Below the pieces are notes generated by a model. It was not told the origin of the DNA, made no database searches, and was given only the letters and a program-made list of their open reading frames with translations. A stretch of DNA of 31,012 nt from a virus (taxonomy: Duplodnaviria > Caudoviricetes): the IMG/VR virus record IMGVR_UViG_3300017785_003930, positions 1-31,012 of that record; one strand, 5' to 3'. Below, one piece after another: positions 24,722 through 31,012 of this stretch. Within the stretch, counting starts at the first letter, position 1, and each line of letters begins with the position of its first letter. The position numbers were made by a program, and so were the translations under genes.

Positions 24722-25473
24722 TGTTCGCTGTCTTTGAAGGTTTGGATTCGGTCAATTTTTGCGCAGACGAGGGCTAGGCTTCCGCAGTCTTTAATCATTG
24801 CAGGTGCGTATTTGTCTCTGGCTTTGTCCTGGATGTAAATCAGGTAATCTCTCCAGTCTTCCGGCGTCATGTTCGGTTTGCGTTTGAGTAGCGTCTTGAG
24901 CTGTGCGTTATCGGCGGCGTTTGGCCTGTCGTATTCGATCCCCTTGGATTCGATGTATTCCCGAAAGATCGAAACGAATTCCTCGCGTCTTGGGTCTAGC
25001 GGTTCTGGTTTTGGTTTCTTGGTTTTGGGTGTTTCCGAATCCAGTTTGAGCACATCGTCAACGGGAGAAGGCGGAGCCGATTCCGTTAATAATATATTGG
25101 AGATAGAAGACGGAGACGGAGAGCTATCGTTTGCTATGGTGTTTGCTAATGGCAAAACGATGGGTGTGCTATGGCTCTGCCATCGCTTTTTGGCTCCATT
25201 TTCGCCAGCTTTTTTCTTCGCCTCTCTGTAATCGTGCTGTTTAATGCGCTCAGACTCAAGCCTTTCATTCATGCCGCCTGGAAACTTTGACAACACTTCT
25301 GGCGTTACGCTGGTTCCGGCAATGCGAGATAATTTATTTCGGCAACTCGGAATTTTTCCCTTCGTCCACTGGAAGCAAAGTAAGCGAATATATGCTCCGA
25401 CTTCCTTTGCGGAAAGGTCACAAGTGCCCCCGATAAAGTCGTCTGGGTAGAATTGAAAGGCGGGCGGTTTCAT
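24718..25473 (-). CDS. Replication initiator-like protein, DUF1376/YdaU-type N-terminus
   Basis: 'PAFQFYPDDFIGGT..LSAKEVGAYIRLLCFQW..G..P', 'GAKKRW'; coupled to dnaB. Confidence 0.85.
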   Translation of the reverse strand: MKPPAFQFYPDDFIGGTCDLSAKEVGAYIRLLCFQWTKGKIPSCRNKLSRIAGTSVTPEVLSKFPGGMNERLESERIKQHDYREAKKKAGENGAKKRWQSHSTPIVLPLANTIANDSSPSPSSISNILLTESAPPSPVDDVLKLDSETPKTKKPKPEPLDPRREEFVSIFREYIESKGIEYDRPNAADNAQLKTLLKRKPNMTPEDWRDYLIYIQDKARDKYAPAMIKDCGSLALVCAKIDRIQTFKDSEQ

Positions 25474-25571
25474 GACAATAAAAATCCCTCAACACTGCCG
25501 CCGAGTTGGAACGCGCCCAATGAAAAAGCGCCTCGACGGCAGGATTGAAGGATTAATGTTTGAATGCTCAT
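25470..25571 (-). CDS. 33 aa leader ORF translationally coupled to the initiator gene
   Basis: MSIQTLILQSCRRGAFSLGAFQLGGSVEGFLLS; its TGA overlaps the initiator ATG (ATGA). Confidence 0.55.
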   Translation of the reverse strand: MSIQTLILQSCRRGAFSLGAFQLGGSVEGFLLS

Positions 25572-25610
25572 TGTGTATTTGCTGGAGGGTTCCAATCCTC
25601 GGTTCAGCGC
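25478..25610 (-). ncRNA. C4-antisense-like structured leader RNA
   Basis: Hairpin GAGG-ATTGGAAC-CCTC followed by a long stem with a GTTCCAA bulge and a TTCATTG loop complementary to upstream targets; ends in a U-tract. Confidence 0.65.
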
Positions 25611-25614
25611 TTTT

Positions 25615-25663
25615 GTTTTACTCTCTACCCGTTACCTTGTCCATAACATTCTCACATTTGAGA
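25615..25663 (-). promoter_or_regulatory. Promoter TGGACA-N17-TAAAAC with a TCTCA-N4-TGAGA site just upstream of the -35
   Basis: Spacing counted by hand; operator at 25650-25663. Confidence 0.55.
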
Positions 25664-25664
25664 G

Positions 25665-25919
25665 TCATGATTTAGCCTCCCACCGTGAACATGCCGCCCA
25701 CTTGAGGCGAATGTCTGTTCCTGGTCCGCCCGTGGCATAAACAAGACGACATTTGTGATACGTCTTAGCTAATCTGACGGCGTAGGAGTGGCGGCAGGTT
25801 TTGCAGGTCTCGCCTTTCGGCCCTTAGCCAATCGGCGCGGCGTTGCCTTTAGGCTGCCCTTTCTTGGCCTTGTGCGGCCTCATGGGTTCATCCCAGTTGA
25901 ATAGTGATGGATCATTCAT
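25665..25919 (-). pseudogene. Cys-rich small phage protein with an internal TAA
   Basis: ..GNAAPIG*GPKGETCKTCRH..KC..TGGPGTDIRLKWAACSRWE; in-frame stop at 25824-25826. Confidence 0.65.
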
Positions 25920-26095
25920 GATTTAAACTCCAGGTTGTGACTTTTCGCCCATCTCGTCATCTTTTCGACGCTGTAGCCAACTCGCTTTTCAGCTGCGGCT
26001 TTGGTGCAGTTGGAATGCCGGAGGTGATGCCAGCGTTTAATCAGGCGCTTAACCTCGTCTTTCGGCAGGGATTTGATGATGTTTCGGGTGATCAT
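25916..26095 (-). CDS. 59 aa putative HTH protein
   Basis: Hand translation includes 'TKAAAEKRVGYSVEKMTRWAK'; ATGA coupling at its stop. Confidence 0.55.
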   Translation of the reverse strand: MITRNIIKSLPKDEVKRLIKRWHHLRHSNCTKAAAEKRVGYSVEKMTRWAKSHNLEFKS

Positions 26096-26284
26096 GAGTT
26101 TACGGGGACGATGTAAGTTATTTTTTTATTAGTGCCAATTCCTCTGCGGATTAATCCAGGTCGTGCATGGTGTTAGCGCTGGATTGCTAATCTCATCCGC
26201 ATACCGGAACCGCCAGCCGCAAGGCTTTCGTCGATGTTTTCAGGATTGTGGTATGGGCGTAGTGTGATGTTTTGAGTTTTTATA

Positions 26285-26653
26285 TCACCATGGGATTTCT
26301 TCGTCTGTCTGAGGTTCCTGTGCTTGCTGTTGCGTTTGCCGAGTGGTGCGTTGCTGTGGATCTTGACGCCCTTCATTCGTCCACTCCTTGCCATTGCCAA
26401 GAATCGGCATCCTATCGGCCCGGCTTTCGCGTTCATCCTTGGTTTGTGGCTCAACGATAAAGTGAGTGTTGCCGTAATTATCCTCGCCGTTCTTGTTGCT
26501 GACAGCCTCAAGATTCAAGTAAACCTTGCCGTTTTGATGCGGCTTAGCGCGTGATTTAGCGACCCGAATAACGACACACTCCTCGCCTTTGATGGTTGCT
26601 TTGCAGGCTCCCTGGAGTTGGAGCAGGTTGATTGAGATATTTAGTTTCTTCAT
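26285..26653 (-). CDS. Putative single-stranded DNA-binding protein
   Basis: Beta-rich core (NGKVYLNL, YGNTHFI, PILGNGK), Gln-rich linker and acidic tail DEEIPW; lies in the recombination module. Confidence 0.65.
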   Translation of the reverse strand: MKKLNISINLLQLQGACKATIKGEECVVIRVAKSRAKPHQNGKVYLNLEAVSNKNGEDNYGNTHFIVEPQTKDERESRADRMPILGNGKEWTNEGRQDPQQRTTRQTQQQAQEPQTDEEIPW

Positions 26654-27015
26654 TATTTAAGATATTTAATAATTTCTTCCTTTGCGACATCAAAGCCGCG
26701 ACAGACCACGACTTTATAGCCGTTCTCTGACAACCTGCGATGCCATTCTTTCTGCGCTTCCGAGACAACACCGCCAGTTATGCACTTCATTTCGATAAAC
26801 ATTCCTGAATATCCGCCGCGAGGAATCGCAAGGAACAGGTCAGGAACGCCAGCTTTGAGGCCTTCAGACTTCAGTTTGCCTGCCTGCGCTTTTGAAACGT
26901 GCGCCCCGTTAGGCACCGAGAAAAGCGCGGCAAGCTCGTGAATTGTTTTACTTTGGATCGTGGCCCACGCTACAAGGGCGCGCTGCTCGATGTGTTCGGA
27001 GTAGTTGGAAGTCAT
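26653..27015 (-). CDS. VRR-NUC domain nuclease
   Basis: 'EHIEQ', 'FSVPNG', 'KSEGLKAGVPDL', 'FIEMK', 'SEAQKEW'; likely start MTSNY. Confidence 0.9.
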   Translation of the reverse strand: MTSNYSEHIEQRALVAWATIQSKTIHELAALFSVPNGAHVSKAQAGKLKSEGLKAGVPDLFLAIPRGGYSGMFIEMKCITGGVVSEAQKEWHRRLSENGYKVVVCRGFDVAKEEIIKYLK

Positions 27016-27019
27016 AGCA

Positions 27020-28282
27020 TTACTCCAACTGTCCAACCTTGACGATTTCCAGCGATCCCTTGCCAGTCTCAACGCAGCCCGTTAAGACCTCGTCACTCAG
27101 TTTATCCAGCGCCTTGCCTTTTTTCTGAGTTGCGTCCCTCAGCAGCTCCTTAACCGATCCGAGGCCAATCGAGCATTCAGCCGTAAAAGCATCCGCCGTG
27201 ACACCGTGAGCAGCGCAAGATGCAAAGACTTTGCCCACGTCCGAGATTGAACGACGGCCCTTTTTCTCCCGTGTCGTATAGCCTGGGATCTCGCCAGCTT
27301 CCACACGCGCCTTAAAACTTGCCTCTATTGCGTGAGCATAGCGCTTGACCATCGCTAGCCCGTTGTATGCCGCAATATGCTGCTCAGGACTCAACTCGTT
27401 AGCACGCGCCCACATTGCAGCCGCTTGGGTTGCGCCATCCATTCCGGCAATCGTCATAGGGTCGATGCGCTCAATCTCCTGCAACTGGGCATCTCGAAAC
27501 GTCTGACAACCAAAACGAGCCGCGCAATGATTGCACCAATCGCCTGCCTTGCGATCATCAAGCGTTGACTTGAGCTCAGCGGCTAACGTTCGATCAAGCC
27601 AATCTTTAGCCTCAAGAAATGAGAAAAAATGATAATCCGCCTTAGTTGGCTTACCTTTCCAAGGTTGAATAATCGCCACCCGCAAAGTGTGGAGATCATG
27701 TTTAATAAAGGCAAGCACCGCGAGGCTTGCTAATTGCGGATTCTCAAGAGCGTGCGGATGCCTGCCGTGCAGCGCCTTAAAGTCGATTAATAAGCCATTA
27801 TTCGCAATGCCAACGCCATCGCAATTGTGGCAATTCATCGCTTCTCCATCATACATAATAGCTCCAGAGCCTTGGCATTGCTGGCACCTTCTATTCTGAA
27901 TATAGAGAGCATCAAACTGACCCGTAAATACAACGTTAGCTAGCAAATTAGGGCGGGCTACAACAACGCGTCCGTGATCTGTCAAAGCATAACGAATCTC
28001 TCTAAACTCGGTCGGATTTTCACCATCGCCTTGCCACTCAGCCAACAGCTTTTTTTCCTGTTCATCGCACATTTCCGCAGTCTTAACCGCATCGAATGGC
28101 GATTCATCTTCGTTCGCTTCACCTGCAAGAATGTCGTGAACTTGGTTGCCCTTGCCAGCGTCCTTCGTGTCGCTGTAGTCCTTCGCGTGCCGCTCCATTT
28201 TATGGGACGGCGGACAGTTAAAGATTCGATACATCTTGGAGCCGCTAGGCACGTCTGGAAATGGGTTATTGTAAGTGCTCAT
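27020..28282 (-). CDS. PD-(D/E)XK exonuclease (Cas4-like / DUF2800-type) with an inserted zinc finger
   Basis: 'SGS....NCPPS', 'GNQVH', 'GQFD', 'LIDFK', 'NPQL', 'IIQP', 'GDWCNHCAARFGC'; likely start MSTYNN. Confidence 0.8.
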   Translation of the reverse strand: MSTYNNPFPDVPSGSKMYRIFNCPPSHKMERHAKDYSDTKDAGKGNQVHDILAGEANEDESPFDAVKTAEMCDEQEKKLLAEWQGDGENPTEFREIRYALTDHGRVVVARPNLLANVVFTGQFDALYIQNRRCQQCQGSGAIMYDGEAMNCHNCDGVGIANNGLLIDFKALHGRHPHALENPQLASLAVLAFIKHDLHTLRVAIIQPWKGKPTKADYHFFSFLEAKDWLDRTLAAELKSTLDDRKAGDWCNHCAARFGCQTFRDAQLQEIERIDPMTIAGMDGATQAAAMWARANELSPEQHIAAYNGLAMVKRYAHAIEASFKARVEAGEIPGYTTREKKGRRSISDVGKVFASCAAHGVTADAFTAECSIGLGSVKELLRDATQKKGKALDKLSDEVLTGCVETGKGSLEIVKVGQLE

Positions 28283-28509
28283 TGGTTGAAATCCTCCATT
28301 TCTTCCTCTGGAATGATGATATATTCCCTCTCGTTGAAAGGGTGCGTGAGTTTGGCTTTTTCGATGCCATCTTGAGCCTCGTCTTCGGATTTGAATCGAA
28401 TGGCTAAATCTGGCGTGTAGTAGCGTGTTGGGTTGCTTTCGTAACCCGCAAGCCAGCACATACCGCCCTGCGTGTCGGGCAGTCCAACAACGTATTTTTT
28501 TTTGCTCAT
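28279..28509 (-). CDS. Hypothetical protein
   Basis: 76 aa, ATGA-coupled on both sides. Confidence 0.65.
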   Translation of the reverse strand: MSKKKYVVGLPDTQGGMCWLAGYESNPTRYYTPDLAIRFKSEDEAQDGIEKAKLTHPFNEREYIIIPEEEMEDFNQ

Positions 28510-28763
28510 GCTGTGAGTTTGTTGTGAAGTTTCATTGCGATCCAGTGCCAGACCGAAACTTGATTTGTTATGAAGTGCGGGCAGTCGTGATCATTTGTCC
28601 ATTTGCCATCATGAAGGAAAAAACTGCCTTCAAATTTAATCAGCCAAAGCTCAAAAGAAACAGTCGCCTCATCCTCGTCAATCGTGACGCTAACAGGAAC
28701 ATCCCAATCAAGCATGGCTACGCGGAAGGTATCGCGGAGTTCGTTAATTTGATCTAAGGTCAT
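28506..28763 (-). CDS. Hypothetical protein
   Basis: 85 aa ORF in the operon. Confidence 0.6.
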   Translation of the reverse strand: MTLDQINELRDTFRVAMLDWDVPVSVTIDEDEATVSFELWLIKFEGSFFLHDGKWTNDHDCPHFITNQVSVWHWIAMKLHNKLTA

Positions 28764-28773
28764 TGCGCTGATA

Positions 28774-29685
28774 TTATTTCACTCCTTTCAAAATTTGAAC
28801 AATCGCGTCGAGGTGCGTGAGTGCTGCCGTGATGACATCGCTTGGAGCCTCAGTTATTACGACGTATTCAGGATCGGCCAAGCCTTGGTCGGCTAAGACT
28901 CCGTAAACGTCAGGCCATGTCACGGTGGCTGCGGCTAAGCGTCCACGCAGCGTCTCGGATAGTGAGGCGTCACCAGCCAAGGAAAAAGATTCCGACTCCG
29001 CATTAACCTGCTGGCGCACAACCTCAACAGGCGCGGAGTCGGTCGCTGGCGACGTTGCCAGAGATTTGTATGGTGGAGGCTGCGGGCATTCCTCCGGCTT
29101 TGGAGCAGCCTCCCTGAAAAGCTTGGATTGAGCGGCGTTCGGTGTTACGTCGCGAGCCATGCCGATACGCTCAGCCTCATCTTCATCAGTGATGCCGCTG
29201 AAACCAAACGCCACGCGAGCGCATTGAATGGTTGCTTTGTGGCGCAACATTCGATGTTCCATTTTCCATGGGTCGGTATTACGGCGGCACTCAGACAGAT
29301 ACTCGGTGACGCTTGTCGCATGTTTGCGATCTTTGCGGTAAATCATAGCCGTGCATGAAATAAGCTTGCCGTCAGACTCGCAGAACTCAAACTCGATGCC
29401 ATCGAATTGAGGATGGTCATTCATCATACGCAGCCAGCCGTCAATGGAGACGACCGGAACAATGCCGCCGCCTTTAGCAGGGAAGGCGTAGATTTCCTTC
29501 GTAAGGGGATTCAGACCGTATTCATTGGCGACAATGACAAGGCTCATAAGCTCGTCATCAGAGGCGCCCTTGAACACGGTATTCTTCAGCGTGCTAAGAA
29601 GCTTGGCGGGATCAACGTTAAATTTGCCCGCCATGGTGGCAAGCGCGGATGGTTTGGCGGTGGTGGTGGTGAGTTGTGATGACAT
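28774..29685 (-). CDS. bet: Single-strand annealing recombinase, RecT/Bet family
   Basis: 'ANEYGLNPLTKEIYAFP..GGIVPVVSIDGW...NDHPQFDG', 'RMLRHKATIQCARVAFGFSGI.DEDEAERI'. Confidence 0.93.
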   Translation of the reverse strand: MSSQLTTTTAKPSALATMAGKFNVDPAKLLSTLKNTVFKGASDDELMSLVIVANEYGLNPLTKEIYAFPAKGGGIVPVVSIDGWLRMMNDHPQFDGIEFEFCESDGKLISCTAMIYRKDRKHATSVTEYLSECRRNTDPWKMEHRMLRHKATIQCARVAFGFSGITDEDEAERIGMARDVTPNAAQSKLFREAAPKPEECPQPPPYKSLATSPATDSAPVEVVRQQVNAESESFSLAGDASLSETLRGRLAAATVTWPDVYGVLADQGLADPEYVVITEAPSDVITAALTHLDAIVQILKGVK

Positions 29686-29696
29686 GGTATGTGATG

Positions 29697-29864
29697 TTAG
29701 CTGAATGAAAGGCAGATAATGAGAAGCCCCAGCAGGATGCCGCCTGCGATGGCTGAAAGGATGATTTGAACTTGAGCGCGCTTGGCGTCACGTTGTGCGG
29801 CTAAGCGGCGCATTCGCGGCGTTGTGTCGCGGCTGGTCCATATCTTTTGTTGTTCGTAGCTCAT
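29697..29864 (-). CDS. 55 aa membrane peptide
   Basis: Hand translation MSYEQQKIW...QIILSAIAGGILLGLLIICLSFS. Confidence 0.6.
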   Translation of the reverse strand: MSYEQQKIWTSRDTTPRMRRLAAQRDAKRAQVQIILSAIAGGILLGLLIICLSFS

Positions 29865-29929
29865 GATGCGAAGATGAAAAACAGGATGTGGAAAAGGATG
29901 ATGAGAAGAACGGCGCTTTCAGTTTTCAT
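29861..29929 (-). CDS. 22 aa hydrophobic peptide
   Basis: MKTESAVLLIILFHILFFIFAS; overlaps both neighbours and fills the gap. Confidence 0.45.
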   Translation of the reverse strand: MKTESAVLLIILFHILFFIFAS

Positions 29930-30251
29930 CGGTGTTGAGATATTTGACCGCGCAGAATACAACTTCCAGCGGTGTGCTTACGGAGATCTTAACCTCGTAT
30001 GTCTCGGCCTCGTTCATGAGAACTAAACCGGATCGGTGGCCGTATTTGGTAAGGCCGATGTCGCGGGTTGCTGTGATGTAGCAATCGCCTTTCTTGAAGG
30101 TAATCGGCTTACCGTCCATGATGCCGATTTCGTTGATTTCGTGCAGCTCGTAGTCCATCTTGATTATCCAGTCTAGCGAGCTGGCAAACCATCGGCGATG
30201 GCTGTAATTGAGATGCACGAGCCAGGGCTTGAATAAATCGAGGTCAATCAT
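29919..30251 (-). CDS. Hypothetical protein
   Basis: 110 aa, ATGA-coupled to the RHH gene. Confidence 0.65.
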   Translation of the reverse strand: MIDLDLFKPWLVHLNYSHRRWFASSLDWIIKMDYELHEINEIGIMDGKPITFKKGDCYITATRDIGLTKYGHRSGLVLMNEAETYEVKISVSTPLEVVFCAVKYLNTDEN

Positions 30252-30427
30252 ACTCGCTCCCCCTTTCTAAAACGCTTTGGAGCTGGAGATTTACGCTTGA
30301 GCAATGCAGCCAAGCCTAATTTGATAAACGACTCAGCCAAAAACTGAATCGACTGCTTTTCTTGTGCCGCGCTGACGCGCAGCTGCGAATGAATAGACTC
30401 GCTGATTTTTAATGTCTTAGTTTCCAT
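30248..30427 (-). CDS. Ribbon-helix-helix regulator (Arc/CopG-like)
   Basis: METKTLKISESIHSQLRVSAAQEKQSIQFLAESFIKLGL; first gene after an AT-rich promoter-like region. Confidence 0.75.
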   Translation of the reverse strand: METKTLKISESIHSQLRVSAAQEKQSIQFLAESFIKLGLAALLKRKSPAPKRFRKGERV

Positions 30428-30506
30428 GATGTTGTCGTAATGACGCAACATCTAAACACAAAGTGTAAAACTCTACAAGTGGAAAATAAAATTATTTTTA
30501 TCCACG

Positions 30507-30665
30507 TTAAACCAACCTCTGAATATCCTGCCTGTTGCTTTCCATTTTGGCGCGTTTCGATTCCTCATGAAGCGCCGCCTTATCGCACGCAAAAAATAGC
30601 GCAATCACGCCCAGCAATCCCACGGCGATAAAAGCAAAAATGACGCCTATAATTGTAGTGATCAT
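30507..30665 (-). CDS. Small membrane protein
   Basis: MITTIIGVIFAFIAVGLLGVIALFFAC plus a charged tail. Confidence 0.55.
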   Translation of the reverse strand: MITTIIGVIFAFIAVGLLGVIALFFACDKAALHEESKRAKMESNRQDIQRLV

Positions 30666-30675
30666 GTCAAAAAAG

Positions 30676-30740
30676 TGGCGCAGGTCCGGGCATTGCATCC
30701 GGTGGAGGCTGTCGGGTTATAAGTCCGCTCCTTACCCTGC
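30676..30740 (-). ncRNA. 65 nt tRNA-like RNA lacking a D-arm, with encoded CCA and a UAU anticodon-like loop
   Basis: GCAGG...CCTGC-G-CCA acceptor; CGG-A-CTTATAA-C-CCG; T-arm CCGG-A-TGCAATG-C-CCGG. Confidence 0.5.
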
Positions 30741-30746
30741 ATTTAG

Positions 30747-30920
30747 TTACACCCCCGTTTTATCACCGTCCTTAGCTGCGATCAAGCCAAGACTAACAGC
30801 CAGCGCCGTTACTTGGTGAGCGACATTCGCATACTGAGGAGCGACGACGGGAACGATAACGGACGCGAGGCCGAGGAATCCGGCGAGTGAGGTTTTCCAG
30901 TTTTTGAATAGGTTTTTCAT
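30747..30920 (-). CDS. Putative holin (57 aa, two hydrophobic segments)
   Basis: Hand translation MKNLFKNWKTSLAGFLGLASVIVPVVAPQYANVAHQVTALAVSLGLIAAKDGDKTGV; NWKT..G...GLI.AKD pattern. Confidence 0.7.
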   Translation of the reverse strand: MKNLFKNWKTSLAGFLGLASVIVPVVAPQYANVAHQVTALAVSLGLIAAKDGDKTGV

Positions 30921-31012
30921 GGCTTTATTTTTCTTTGCTCTTTGTTAGACTCGATTGAATAGGTTTTTCATGGCTTTATTTTTCTTTGCTCTTTGTTAGA
31001 CTCGATTGAATA
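30904..31012. repeat. Exact 51 bp tandem repeat (about 2.1 copies) at the window end
   Basis: The unit TTGAATAGGTTTTTCATGG...GACTCGA starts at 30904 and 30955; a third, truncated copy starts at 31006. Confidence 0.9.

Noticed and set aside
25665-26284. Stop-codon reassignment
   Set aside because: Long genes are intact under code 11, and TAA and TGA terminate core genes normally.
27020-28282. Cas4 as evidence of a CRISPR-Cas system
   Set aside because: There are no other cas genes or array. Its context next to Bet and SSB indicates a recombination exonuclease.
30904-31012. 51 bp tandem repeat as a biological repeat or terminal repeat
   Set aside because: It is an exact duplication running to the very end of the sequence and copies the holin start. 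An assembly artefact is the likeliest explanation, and it does not match the window start.
1-31012. Diversity-generating retroelement, suggested by the BPP-1-like virion genes
   Set aside because: I saw no reverse transcriptase and no TR/VR pair differing at adenines in this window.
1-31012. Integrase or integron integrase gene
   Set aside because: No ORF shows tyrosine or serine recombinase motifs. One could lie outside the window.

Overview
A partial genome of a tailed dsDNA phage with a podovirus-type (T7/BPP-1-like) virion module. Almost every gene is on the minus strand. In transcription order (right to left): holin, a tRNA-like element, small early genes with an RHH regulator, RecT/Bet, a PD-(D/E)XK nuclease, VRR-NUC, a putative SSB, a DUF1376-type replication initiator, DnaB helicase, a ~3.5 kb array of small accessory genes, terS, terL, portal, scaffold, a divergent XRE regulator, major capsid, cement protein, tail tubular A and B, a GNAT, internal virion proteins and a >1300 aa polyvalent protein that runs off the left edge. 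The standout observation is at 19.8-23.3 kb, where about 10 integron attC-like hairpins separate the small genes. No integrase is visible in the window. The genes run antisense to normal cassette polarity, and in 8 of 10 sites the predicted crossover triplet is an in-frame Asn codon of the gene's C-terminus. Other signals: a recurrent TCTCA-N4-TGAGA operator; a C4-like antisense/uORF switch coupled to the replication initiator; two mini tRNA-like RNAs; a structured capsid leader; a prepilin-mimic gene. A Verrucomicrobiota/PVC host is a guess from indirect cues. All family assignments come from reading motifs by eye; no database searches were run.
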